NCBI RefSeq assembly: GCF_006345805.1
Contig: NC_043008.1
Location: 58,652,001 to 58,716,000, forward strand
Reading direction: 5' to 3'
DNA length: 64,000 bases
Source: Octopus sinensis
Lineage: Eukaryota
The notes beneath the pieces are model-generated. The model did no database searches. It saw only the letters and a list, made by a program, of their open reading frames with translations, and was not told the DNA's origin. Positions 1 to 12,420 of this stretch are shown in pieces. The first letter of the stretch is position 1; each line of letters begins with the position of its first letter. The translations under genes and the position numbers were made by a program.

Positions 1-231
1 TTAAAATCCATATTTTCCCCCCAGAATATGATTAGTTGGTTTCCGTCTCTAGGAATTTACTTTATATATTTGCATATCGAACAATGAGTAACATAGTTAT
101 TATATTGGAAAATATTGAAGCATAAATTTATCAATATATACAATTTGCAAACACTTTTGACCCCCACAGTAGTATTGACGGAAAATGTTAAGACTCTACT
201 CTCGGAAACGAAAGTAAGATATGCAGTGATA

Positions 232-665
232 TACGGAGTGCGGTGAATAAAATGTCTAAATTACGCAAAAATGAAAATAATACTGACATCTCATTTTAAC
301 AGATATATTTACCAAAATTACATAAAATATATCTCGAAATATTAAAGAGTGAATTTATTCAATAAAATCGCCATTGGCTCCAACCACGGCCTCCGGGCGA
401 CTTCGGAATCTGAATCTCCTGCAACTCTTCTGGACCGTCTCCTTATTTAAGTTGGGGAATGCTGTTATAATTCTTGTCTTGAGTTCATCTTTGATGATAC
501 AAGGAATTTTGTTGGCATCTCGCTCAACTGCGCCCCACACATAATAATTAAGGGGTTGCAGCCTGGGAAGTTAGGTGGCCAGATGTTAGGGGTGATGTGG
601 TTGCAGGAATTGTCTGACAGCCATGACTTTGCCTTTGTCAATGACAATAACTGAACTGGTCCTGT
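232..665 (-). mobile_element. Tc1/mariner (DD37D/maT-like) transposon, 3' fragment with terminal repeat
   Basis: Minus-strand translation gives WLSDNSCNHITPNIWPPNFPGCNPL / WGAVERDANK...EAVVGANGDFIE* (frameshifted SPDxNPLDY region). The 3' end is homologous to 49410-49498. Confidence 0.85.
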
Positions 666-777
666 ATATACGTGCATATATATGTATATACGCATGTGTA
701 TACGTAAGTATTCATATGTTTGTGTATATATATATATGTGTAACAATCCTTGGTATATGTCATTGACGAAGGCAAAG

Positions 778-820
<43 letters not shown>

Positions 821-832
821 ATATATATATAT

Positions 833-1136
833 ATCACGTGATCAGGTGACCGACCAGACCATCAGATGTTGCTACACATCGCTGGTCACAATGCGTTCGC
901 ATTGTTTTAGCCTTCAAATGACGCCACCCCGCTGGCTAAGCGAGCAGGCCAACAGAAGAAAGAGTGAGAGAAAGAGTGGTGAAAGAGTACAGCAGGGATC
1001 ACCCCCCCCTGCCGGAGCCTCGTGGAGCTTTCTAGGTGTTTTCGCTCAATTAACACACACAACGCCCGGTCTGGGAATCGAAACCGCGATCCTACGACCG
1101 CGAGTCCACTTCCCTAACCACTGGGCCATTGCGTCT

Positions 1137-1140
<4 letters not shown>
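833..1140 (-). mobile_element. tRNA-derived SINE with RTE-like 3' tail
   Basis: Reverse complement starts gtggagacgcaatggcccagtggttag (A box) and ggtttcgattccc (B box). It ends tgtgaccagcg...ctggtcggtca..tgatca..tgat, like the RTE 3' end at 63680-63747. Confidence 0.8.
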
Positions 1141-1231
<91 letters not shown>

Positions 1232-1603
1232 CGGGAAGCTTTATGAAAATAGACAAAAGACGAAGGCAGGTGGAATACAAACAAACAATTGTATTAGTAT
1301 GGCGCTCAGGAAATATAAATAAAACAAGTCTTTAACGTTATATATATATATATATATACACAGCCAGAAACCCAGGGCCTGGACTTATCCAATTTTCACT
1401 ACTTTATTCATCCATTTGTCTTTTAATCTTGTGCTATATTGAATACATGATGTGGTTTTAGAGTCAGGTTTTGACTGCTATTTCAAGCATGGTGGTATCT
1501 CTTAGATACCTTTATTGATAATTTTAATAATATTTATAACCTATAAGATTTTTTCTTCCCATGTTGCCGCTTGATTCGATCGTTATCTTAATAACGCTCT
1601 TAT

Positions 1604-1656
<53 letters not shown>

Positions 1657-1886
1657 GGGGGGCTCGTGTGTGTATAATACATGCAAACATGATTCTACTT
1701 AAACCTAAGTGAATTCACATACGAATAGCATATAAAAAGAAATTATAATAATAGCACCTGCCGTATGTTTGCTAATTGATGGTTAGGAGTAATATTTGCA
1801 ACGCTAAAAACACGAAAGCAAAAGTTTATATTTTATATCGAGCCTTGGAAACATGATTTAGCATCCATTTTCGAAAATAAATGCGA

Positions 1887-1887
<1 letters not shown>

Positions 1888-1923
<36 letters not shown>

Positions 1924-2017
1924 GTTATTATCATTATTATCATTATTATTATTATTATTTTTATTATTATTATCATTATTATCATTATTATTATTATTAT
2001 TATTATTATCATTATTA

Positions 2018-2066
<49 letters not shown>

Positions 2067-2105
2067 CATTATTATCATTATTATCATCATTATTATTATT
2101 ATTAT
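1888..2105. repeat. (ATT)n/(ATC) trinucleotide microsatellite
   Basis: Directly visible; source of the poly-I/N/Y/L ORFs. Confidence 0.97.
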
Positions 2106-3286
2106 TACCATCTTTCAATTCTGTTTCCATTTCTTGCCGAGTGTCTTCCTAATACCTAGGGCAAAGAACTCACTATATACAATGGTAGGCCATTAAAATA
2201 GATACATCAGATTGTTCATTTACAAAGTCAGGTAATACAAAAATATGGAAGAAAGACAGGAAAAAAGAAAAAGAAAACGAAGGAAATAGAGGGGGTAAAA
2301 GAAAGGAAATTCACGACAATGCTCTTCCCAATACGTGTGACGTACCAGTTAATGCAAGACTAGCATCTAAGACGTAGAATAACACTCCTAAATTGAAGAT
2401 GCTCTCACTCAGCGGGAATAAAACCCAGGCGAGTCAAGTATGGCACACTTCAAGAATAATGTTAGTTCTATCGAAAAACATAATATTCAAATTTCTACAT
2501 CATCTATTCATGACCTAATTATAAATTCAAAATGACCGACAAGGCAAACACCCACTTAGTTTTGGTCAATTTTTCTTCCAAACCATCGAAGATGATATGC
2601 TCTAACTTGGAATTCCAACAGATTGGGGGTACAAACTAGATGTTGAATCAAAAACATTGCTGAAGTTGGCCAAGATTTCGTTGTGGGGTCGTTCATAGCC
2701 ATATGCAGCAGATCGAGCAGATCGTTTTTAACCCCCTGGGTTGTAGCATTCAAGTGTCTCTGAAAGATGGACAAATAAAGTGTATTTAATCACAATAGAA
2801 CAACGTCTAGGCAAAGATCAGAATAATAGACAAACAAACTTTCAGCCTATTACATCAATTATTCTCGGAGATATCGTGACGTAAAGATTACTACTCATAG
2901 TCATAAATGTCATTTTGAGAATAACGCAAAAATCGCTGGAGACTGTTGATTTTACAGCAAGTCCCAACTACACAAAGATAATATCTACATTTTAGTGAAA
3001 TATTTGCATTTTTGCACAGTATAATAACGCCAAGAGCCATATCCTTTGCTATTTTTCTGAGATTTTGCTATCTGAAATCTGAGGTATTGGTCTTGCCTTA
3101 AGATAATATTTGCATTTCTTACATGGATGGTAAGTCAGAGATCATCACGTCCCAGATCTTATCAACCTGGTCTATGGTTTTGGGGTGTCATGTTTGGGGG
3201 CGGCCACCACAGATGGGGGAGTGGGAATTTTTGTTTCTGTGGGGGCTAATGCGTGTGCGGTTTTGGGATCTTTTTTGTAATTGTAC

Positions 3287-3600
3287 CTACGCCACTTTTC
3301 TTTTCCATTGCTCACAGTCTATACGGATGTAGCCTTTTTTGCCACATTCGTAACACGTTGGCTTTTTGCCCACTACTTGTATTCTGAGGGCGATATCCTC
3401 ACCCAAGAATACCCTCTCTGGAAGCATTTCAATATCTTCCTGAGTTCCCTGCATAATGGCAGAAATGCTCTGCTCGAGCCAGTTTTGTGAGGCAGAGCGT
3501 GTGATTTGAAGGAACGCGATTTTGCCCGTCCTGTTATACAACAGTGCGGCCATCACCTCCCTTACATCAACTTTTCAATTTTTCAACACTAGGATTCTGT
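3287..3600 (-). mobile_element. Non-LTR retrotransposon ORF1 (gag-like zinc knuckle) fragment
   Basis: ORF 3287-3556 contains PTCYECGKKGYIRIDC, a CX2CX4HX4C knuckle with H>Y. No intact ORF2 is seen downstream. Confidence 0.6.
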
Positions 3601-3754
3601 AATTTTATCAAAAACCTCGGAGAGCTTTTCCTTTGGTAGTTCGACATTTTCAGTAGCCACCGCGGTGACTGCTGAAAATTTTTTAACTGGCTCTTCCAGT
3701 GAATTTTTCTCTGAAATTATTTCAACCGACATATTCGTTCGAAAAAAAAAACCG

Positions 3755-4146
3755 GAAACCTACAATATTTTACTTTTTTTCCTCTCAACGAGGACAACAG
3801 TTCAAATCCCACCCCCTCTGGGGAGCGAGACGTAACAACAAAGCCTACAACGTTCGAAGTTAAATTTTTCACACGATAATAAAAATACGGTATCCCCAAA
3901 AACGGGAAACCTATAATATGTTTTTCCCCTCACAACGAGGACAACAGTTCAAATCTCACCCCCGCTAGGGGCGGAGTGTCACAATAGAGCCTACAACGGC
4001 TAAAAATAAATTTTTCACACAATAATAAATTGATTATCCCCCCAAAAAATGAGAAACCTATAATATATTTCTTTCCTCTTAATGAAGATAACAGTTCAAA
4101 TCCCACCGCCGCTGGGGTGGAGTGCGACGATAAAACCTACAACGGT
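3755..4146. repeat. ~150-bp tandem repeat, about 2.7 copies
   Basis: Unit start gaaaccta at 3755, 3906 and 4053. The motifs acaacagttcaaatc and cctacaacg recur in each unit. Confidence 0.9.
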
Positions 4147-4502
4147 TTTAACAAGTTCAATATTTCAACAATTCACAACAGCAAAAATGGCTTTACACAA
4201 ACAATTATTTTCTCCCGTAACCCGGAAAAAGCACAAGCATTTTCAAAGTTTAAAAGTTCGACAATGTTCATCAGTTCGAAAATGTTCAACAATAAACAGT
4301 TAACAATTTCAACAGAAAAATTATCCAATTTTCAACAAAACGTTTGACTCACCGCCAAAAATCACGTCTAGCAAGCTACTTACCTCACAGCCACTCCTGC
4401 ACCTAGGTCTTCATATTTATCAATTTTTTCTCTTTCTTTCATGGTACTGCTACGTCAATTATAAGGCACTCTTGTTTGTCCCTCCTAAAGTTTATTATTT
4501 CC

Positions 4503-4725
4503 GGCGGCGGCGAGTTGGCAGAATCGTTACCACGTCCGGCAAAATATTTTGCGGCATTTCGCCTGTCGCTACGTTCTGAGTTCAAATTCCACTGGGGTCG
4601 ACTCTGCCTTTCATTCTTTTGGTGTCGATAAATTAAGTACCAGTTGAGTACTGGGGTCGATGTAATCGACTTATATTCTACCCCCAAATTTCAGGCCTTG
4701 TGCCTATAGTAGAAATAATTATTAT
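4503..4725 (+). mobile_element. SINE family A (ggcggcgagctggcagaatcgttagc...)
   Basis: Matches more than 25 other copies in the window, with head, gagttcaaattcc B-box-like motif and gggtcgat repeats. Confidence 0.9.
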
Positions 4726-4914
4726 TTCACTTCTCAGAATGCACTATCTTGTTTGCTCTGTTTTACAGCACAGTTCTACCTTCATCATTCCACTTCCCCC
4801 TTTAGTACTAGGTAGGTACAAACGATCAACGTCTGCTTTTCGGTGGTGCCTGTTCTAGGATGTTAGTAGTTTTCTTGTCTTCATGTCCAAGCGTCGGAGT
4901 TCTGTAAGATTCCA

Positions 4915-5500
4915 GGATCTTTTCCTTTTGAACAGCAGACAATTTCTAGTTAATTAAACACTTTAAAACTTCGTATACTGGTAGAATGTGTCAAAATAAA
5001 ACATTTTTTTCTCTTTGCTTTCTTGAGAAAATTGTAATTTTTTTGTTTAACGTAGTTTAATTTTTCGAATTTTAACCAATCCTATGCTCTCTTTTGAGCT
5101 AAAATCATTTGCTGCGTCTAAAACTGAGACAACATCCTGTTACTACCCCTCAACCTAACCCTGACCCTAATTTTTTTTCTTAATTGTTAAATTAATTTAA
5201 TTGTTACGCGTGTAAAAAAAACCCGATAGCAATGGAAAATGACTTAAATAATTAACAAACAGGATGTTGTCTCAGTTTTAGACGCAGCAAATGATTTTAG
5301 TTGAATGGAGGTAATCGATTGGTTAAAATTGCCGAAATGCTCGGATTTTCAGACGAAATATCTTACAAACTATAGAATTTTCTCAATAAAACCAAGAGAA
5401 AATGATGTTTTATAAACACATTCTACAAGTATACGAAGTTTAAAACTTTTTAGTTACCTAGAAATTATGATACAAACTGCCGTACAAAAGGAAAAGATCC
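4915..5500. mobile_element. Foldback MITE, TIR GGATCTTTTCCTTTTG..., 8-bp TSD (Merlin-like by termini)
   Basis: Long TIRs; TSD agattcca/agattcta; second copy at 55780-56408. Confidence 0.9.
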
Positions 5501-6790
5501 AGATTCTATTTTATGATGTTAATACTATATTGGATACTGGAAGTGCCAAGGTGTTGATGGTTTCGATGCGAGTATTGGAGTTAAGTTCAGTTTTTAGTAT
5601 GAGCCGTATTTTTCTGTAATACACCTTTCGTATTTTTCCCTCATAGTATCATGTTGTATACTGTCTCGTTTATCCGCAGGTATTTATAACTTTCTTGTGG
5701 GTCAAGCTCCTTGATGATAGTGTCAGTATCTAATTTAATGGCAGCTGTTTGCTTGAACCGAGCTTTCCTCTTACAAAAGTTGCTTTAGCACACTTATCAA
5801 GGCCAAAACCCATCCCGGTGTCATTGCTGAACCCTTTAACAGTTGTTAACAGCCCTACTAGCTCTTCATCATTTTAAACAAACAGCTTCATATCGTCCAT
5901 ATAAAATACGCTTTACATTTATATTATACATTTTAAATCCATACCTGGTGTTACTCAGTACGTTTGAGAGTGGGATCAGTGCCATGCAAAAGAGTAATGG
6001 GGAGAGGGAGTCACCTTGAAAGATGCTTTGCTTGATATCGATGTTAGATTGGCTCATCCCATTACTGTGGTCACTTCGCCATGCTACCTTGTAAGAACTT
6101 GGAGACGACATGAGAGATTTTCCATATCTCAAGAGCCGTGAGAAGCCAATTATGTAGGGCTCATCAAACGCTTTCCTTGTAGTCGACATGCCATACTAAG
6201 GTTGTTCTTGTTGCTCCGGCAATTCTCTACAATCCAATATTTTTATGAGTAATTGATCTCTGCAAACATAAGAATTCCTTTTACAATCTTTTTTGAACCT
6301 GTGAGAGGGTAGATTTTTGTACCAGAATAGCGTAGTTAGTATGGATGTGAGGATCGTGTAGGTGGTGTTTAGACATGTAATTGGCCGGTAATTCTTTCGA
6401 TTTTTCGAGTATTCAGTTTTTGGCAGAAAGTATGTCGTTCATTCGGTCAGTCAGGCAGGAAATTTGGTTTGGGTTCTGGGTGACACCAAAAAGGGATGCA
6501 GCAAAAGTTTGGTGTACTTCTGTCAAGCTGTTCAGCCAAAAGTTAGGGATCCGGTCCAATTCTAATCCAATCCAAATGTTTATAAATTTTTACTGATTAC
6601 TGATATTTGATAAAATGAGATACATCGAAACCGGTAATATTTACTTTATATAATTTTTAAATAATTTGTATTAAATTCCCTCTTAAATTGAAATTATGTG
6701 CCATTTCCACATCCATCGTCAATTTATATAAATTTGATTTGTATAGATCTCTATCTTTTTCACCTGTATGTCTGTATATACATATACATA

Positions 6791-6868
<78 letters not shown>

Positions 6869-6870
6869 TC

Positions 6871-6905
<35 letters not shown>

Positions 6906-7067
6906 CTCTCTCTATATATATATATGTTTATGATATGTTTATGTGTGTATATCTATATTATATCCATGCACGCATTCATCTGTAGATAGAAATATATATA
7001 TAGAGAGATAGACAGTATATACAAACATACATAGATACAAGCATACATGTATGTATATATATATTAT

Positions 7068-7098
<31 letters not shown>

Positions 7099-7129
7099 GC
7101 GTATATAATTTATACATACACACACACAG

Positions 7130-7160
<31 letters not shown>

Positions 7161-7821
7161 CATATATATATGAATATACATATATATGTGTGTGTATGTA
7201 TATATATATATATGTATGCATATATGCATGTATAGAAAGATAAACAGATAGATAAATAGTTAGATAGATACATACATACATACATACATACATAAAAGCT
7301 GTCGCTACGAAATATCACATTGATTTCAAGCTGTTATCTCTTTCCTATGTTTCTCGGATGCAACACCACCTCTGATAGTGTAGAATAAAGAACCGCTTTC
7401 AGAAGTTACAGATGTTTTGTACACTATCATTATGATATCCTTAAGAATCTAAAAGTAATATCGGTAATAAAAGATTTGATTCTGATTTCAGAGGCATAGA
7501 CCGAAGGAAGGTTATTAGTTTGCTAATTTGCCAGCGCAAGCATGTCAATGCTATGGTAATCGCTTTGCAACCGTATAGCTTCAGATTTAGTACCGGTGTG
7601 TCATAGCCCCGGGTCAATAAATGCTTTCTGAGAAATCATAGTAGTAGGAAACTTCGTGGAAGCAACCTTTTATATATACGCAGTATATATATAGAAACAC
7701 TGCCAGATCTGACTGGCCTGGTGCAGCCTTCGGGCTCCCCAGACCCCAGTTGAACCGTCCAACCCATGCTAGCATGGAAAACGGACGCTAAATGATGATG
7801 ATGATGATGATATATATATAT

Positions 7822-8472
7822 ATCACCTTGATCACCTTGACCGACCAGTCCGTCGGGCATCCATTTGACACCGCTGGTCAAAGCACGCTGGCCACTCCTT
7901 TCTTTATCGCGCCTTTATCATCCATGTGAACCCAATCGCCCTCCTGAAATCGTAACTCCACCGTCGTGGAGGGCTTCCGAGTGGTCGTTTCCGCTCGCGC
8001 AGGTATCACTCGGCAACTGCGCAGCTCTACCGATTATCGGTGAGCCGGGCGACGTGTCCAGCCCAACCAAACTCGCTGCGTGTATATTCTACGATAACAT
8101 CCCTCACGTCGGACTTCTCTCTGATGACCTCGCTACTGATGTGCTCTGTCAACGAAATTCCAAGCATTGACCTCTCCATGGCTCCTTGAGCCGTTACCAG
8201 TCTTTGTTCTTCTCTCTTTGTTGTAGCCCATGTTTCACTACAGGTCGAATGGTGATTGGCAGTGATGAAACAGAGGAGGTAAAGGAATATGTCTACCTGG
8301 GACAGGAAGTGAATATGTGCCAAGATATCGAAAAGGAGATTTCACGGAAAGTAAGGGCCGGATGGAAGGCGTTTAATGGCATAAGGGATGTGCTCAAGGG
8401 AAGGTTGGACAGGACCACCCGCGCCAACCTCATCAACAGAAAAGTACAACCTGTATTGTTATATGGTAGTGA
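7822..8472 (-). mobile_element. RTE-clade LINE 3' fragment with inverted 5' segment
   Basis: The minus strand (8240 down to 7822) encodes [14 protein letters not shown]...WAGHVARLTDNRW plus the 3' tail. The plus strand (8241-8472) encodes the immediately upstream [10 protein letters not shown]...VLLYGS. Confidence 0.92.
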
Positions 8473-8482
8473 TATACATACA

Positions 8483-8525
<43 letters not shown>

Positions 8526-8538
8526 GTATATATAATGT

Positions 8539-8571
<33 letters not shown>

Positions 8572-8603
8572 TAATATATATATATATGTTATATATATAT
8601 ATA

Positions 8604-8792
<189 letters not shown>

Positions 8793-9228
8793 TACATACA
8801 CAAATTTGAGGAAACAATATCCCTGTAAGCGATTGTTAAAAACAATCCAGATTCCAACAAGGGTTAACTAAATATATTGATAAAAAGTTTCTCAATATAT
8901 ATAAACTGTCTCATCAATTAAAAATTCAATAAAAGAAACTGAAGAAGAAAAAGATATATAAAATATGCTTTGTTCATTTTATTTGTATAACAATGGAAAA
9001 GTAATGCAAATTAAAAAAGTAAAAGCCATACCTATAAGAAAAAGTATAAGAGGAACTGCATCAACATAACAATGCAAAAGATATCGCCACAAAATTCTAC
9101 ATATTTTTCCATCCGACAATATATTTGAAGACTCAATAATTGTAACTTTTATAGATGTAATAAACGAAATATTTAACACAGACACACATACACACAATTA
9201 TATTTATTATTCATATATATATATATAT

Positions 9229-9714
9229 GATTATTCACATACATGTTCCACTATTAACATATTAGGTAATTAACAAATTACATAGTCTGTTAATTGTGAA
9301 ACATGTATGTGAATAATCTGCATTTTGTTACTTTTCATTTGTCTTGCTCGCTTACGTTCCGGTGTTTGCTAAATTATTCTTGAGAACAACCCTTTTGCTA
9401 GAAGTAGATCCGCTTTGGTCTTAGCACTAAGAAATGTTCTCAAAAAAAAATTTAGCAAACACCAGAACTTAAACGAGCAAGACAAATGAAAAGTAACAAA
9501 ATGCAAATTATTCACATATATGTTTAAAAAATAACAGATTATGTAATTTGTTTAACTGCGTATTTTAATAGTGAAACGTGAATGTGAATAATCCATATTT
9601 TTCTTACTCTTCAATTGTCTTGCTCGCTTACCTTATGGTGTTTGCTAATTTTTTTCTTAAGAACATTTCTTAGTGGTAAGACCATAGCGGATCTACTTCT
9701 AGCATAAGGGTTGT
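9229..9714. repeat. Nested inverted-repeat (foldback) module array
   Basis: Modules H(9229-9318), B(9319-9388), X(9387-9434), B'(9435-9505), H'(9506-9593), B(9594-9666), X'(9667-9714). Confidence 0.8.
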
Positions 9715-10072
9715 CCACATAGTGGTCAGGCCTCTCATATGTATGTATGTATATTGTTTTGTCCTGTTATTACTATTCTTGTTTTTTATTTCTATTTTTT
9801 GTTTCTTGTATTCATATTCGCGTGGCATCCTGTCCTTGTTTCGTATACATTCGATCCTCTTTCCAAGAAATCTAATGCCCGTGGCTTAGTTTTTCTTTAG
9901 GGCTGGCCGGATCGGAGCGATATCGAGATTAATCAGTCGAAATTGCTAAGATGATCCGGTTCCCGACTGAAGATTAGAGGCGTCGAGTGACCCGTCTGTT
10001 TTTTTGTGTCGTATCTTTGTGTGTTTTTGCGTTCTTGTCCCACTTTATAATTTATATTTATATTTAATTTCT

Positions 10073-10178
<106 letters not shown>

Positions 10179-10982
10179 GAACGTGTATGTGTGTGTGTAT
10201 ATGTGTGTGCGTATATCCCTTATGCATTCGAAAACTGATTTGCCGATTTTAACGTATGGAATATCAAAAGATTCAGTAATCTTTCGGGTACCAAATAAAC
10301 TTTATTTTCATTTAAATATTTGCATTACAAAAAATTAACATCACAATTCCTCTGTTAGTTTCCTATCGTAAACGATATTTTATACCACCATACAAGGGCG
10401 ATGACGTCGCATATTCTATACGAGTGTGTACGAGAGTTCGTTATGCCCGTTAAGCTGATGACTGAGAACTATATGTGTATAATGGTGTATGTGTCTGTTA
10501 GTATACATACAATTTTGTGACGACATACGCGCTCGCGTGCCCACACATACACACACACAAACACACGCATCTAAAGACAGAGACAGACACACAGAGTGAC
10601 AAGGATAGGCCTTAGGTGTGCATGGATGTTTGTCTGTCTGTGTCTGTCTTAGTGTAAATATATAAGTGACTGTACCGCCCAAAGTGAAACGCGTTTCGTT
10701 GCGGCCTGGATTTTAGACGAAAAACAGCGTTCATTTTAAAGTACCATTGTTTGAATATTCTTTTTCATCATAAAGAGTTGCGACTTGAACAGCATTAACG
10801 ATTATCACTATTTATGTGCTGAAAGATTATTCTGGTCTTTATAACCAACATGAATATTTAGCTGATTTGACAGAACTCACAATAATCGCAAATATATCTG
10901 GGGAAAAAATGTTATTCTGGTTATAACAATTTCGAAAGCTTGGCGAAGTGGAAGGCCTTAGCGGCTCTTTCTATAATTACAG

Positions 10983-11077
10983 AAATGTTATTCCACTCCT
11001 TATGACCAGTTTGAAGATAATGTTTTTCTAACAGTCCTAGCGTCCTTAAAGTATCCCAGCTATGCTGTTTTATGTGT
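10983..11077 (+). CDS. Putative internal exon A (speculative)
   Basis: Acceptor ctataattacag, donor gtaagt; one open frame KCYSTPYDQFEDNVFLTVLASLKYPSYAVLC (phase 0-2). No homology recognised. Confidence 0.3.
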
Positions 11078-11450
11078 GTAAGTATTCAACGCCGCACAAT
11101 CTTTTTAGTTTCGTTAGTCATTATTTATTCTACAGCCTACAGCCTATAACTTTACACAGTTAAAACATATAGTAATGTCAAATTAATTTATGTCTTGCTA
11201 CATACATCCTTCAGCAAATGTTTTAAATTAATTAACGTTCATAACAGCAACATATTCCTTTGTACACATTTTGTTCAGCGTTCGTTTCAAAATTGTGAAA
11301 TAAATTATTTTTGTATGAAAAATTGAATTATATCTTCTGAATTTTCTTGGAGCTTCACTTTATCAATTCTATGAGTGTCTATGTAATTCTCAGTGTGAGC
11401 ATTTTCCTGCATTCGTACGTCTATAATAAATTACAATGAAGCAATTTTTA

Positions 11451-11741
11451 CGCCATTTTAATGAGCCCACGTTTAATGAAGCAGCCATCCTTATGGTAGG
11501 GGATCTCCATGAAAATCATGATATTCTTATTCGTGTTCGAGATAACAACCTTAAACGTGTTTGACAGACTCATCCCTCTTGTGATACTCGCCAGTTTCCT
11601 CTTATTCTGTAGACTGGACAAGATGGGTATCATATCAATGTTCCACAGATTGAACCTGCAACAGGAGAGCCAATTACAAACAAAACGATGTCGTCAAATG
11701 ATTTCTGTTCTTACCAACTGATGTTAAGACCAGAACAATAA
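11451..11741 (+). mobile_element. Helitron Rep/Hel fragment, degenerate
   Basis: Translates as RHFNEPTFNEAAILMVGDLHENHDILIRVRDNNLKRV*QTHPSCDTRQFPLIL, then after a frameshift GQDGYHINVPQIEPATGEPITNKTMSSNDFCSYQLMLR. This fits the Helitron motif pattern DIVL..R...LQRV.E.H.SYD.LQYPL.F..GEDGY. Confidence 0.85.
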
Positions 11742-12229
11742 AATCATTTACACATTTCAAATAAACTTTATTTTCATTTACACATTTTTAAAGTTATCTC
11801 AACAACCAGCTATACCTAGTTATTTGAAATACTCTGCTCTACAACGACCAGGCTTCAATATAAAGTGAAAATAATTCCACACTTTCAATTTGAATCAAAA
11901 TTACCAAGTGCTGCATTACGAGAGTGACGGTGTGGGAATAATGAAAGTAATGTTTCACCGAATTAATCACATCTGTTCTATAATAAAAAAGCTGCTTATC
12001 TATCTACGAAATGAACTGTCTTTTGACACAAGTCTTATTTGCTACTAAAATAATCTCGGAAACTAGGTCGGGTCGCACAATTTTCGGACAATATTTCGAT
12101 TTGCTTCTGTTTCACATTTGTCCGATGTTTTACGCATATGTAGGCATTCGTCTTGCGTCGATATGAATCTAGTGTTGAAATCTCTGGAAAGGTGCTGAAG
12201 TGCATTATCTGAAAATGGTCAGACATGCG

Positions 12230-12420
12230 AACTTTGGATGTACATTAGGTATAACTCAGCTATTACCCCTAGTAAGCGTATCAAACAAAGTGATACCATC
12301 TCTCTAAAGCTCTCTACAGAATATCTAGAAATGGTCATAAAAGACATTGACTGGACATGTTGCGTTACCATTAAGGGGAGCAACAGATATGCCACCGATT
12401 TGCAGATTACATCGTACTCT
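12230..12420 (+). mobile_element. RTE LINE reverse transcriptase fragment
   Basis: IKQSDTISLKLSTEYLEMVIKDIDW resembles the RT motif VRQGDTISPKLFTACLE..F...DW. Confidence 0.65.

Larger units (their letters stand above)
4410..6590 (-). mobile_element. R4/Dong-clade LINE (RT plus restriction-like endonuclease), decayed and interrupted by a SINE and a MITE
   Basis: Peptides KAFD, IFQGDSLSPLLFCMALIPLS, DDTGMGFGLDKCAKATF, WNLTELRRLDMKTRKLL, ADVDRLYLP and DKQECLIIDVAVP occur in collinear order with stops and frameshifts. Confidence 0.9.

Noticed and set aside
1095-1140. tRNA genes at SINE heads (also 44538, 62160, 25820)
   Set aside because: A/B boxes are present but there is no complete cloverleaf, and each runs into SINE body sequence.
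2556-2759. Minus-strand ORF with a good acceptor; another frame reads TLECYNPGG, like PLP-enzyme motifs
   Set aside because: That frame stops immediately, and the open frame has no recognisable homology or partner exons.
10686-10697. GAAACGCGT motifs at 10686 and 51477 as further hammerheads
   Set aside because: No upstream CUGANGA/UUGANAA core or stem I pairing could be found.
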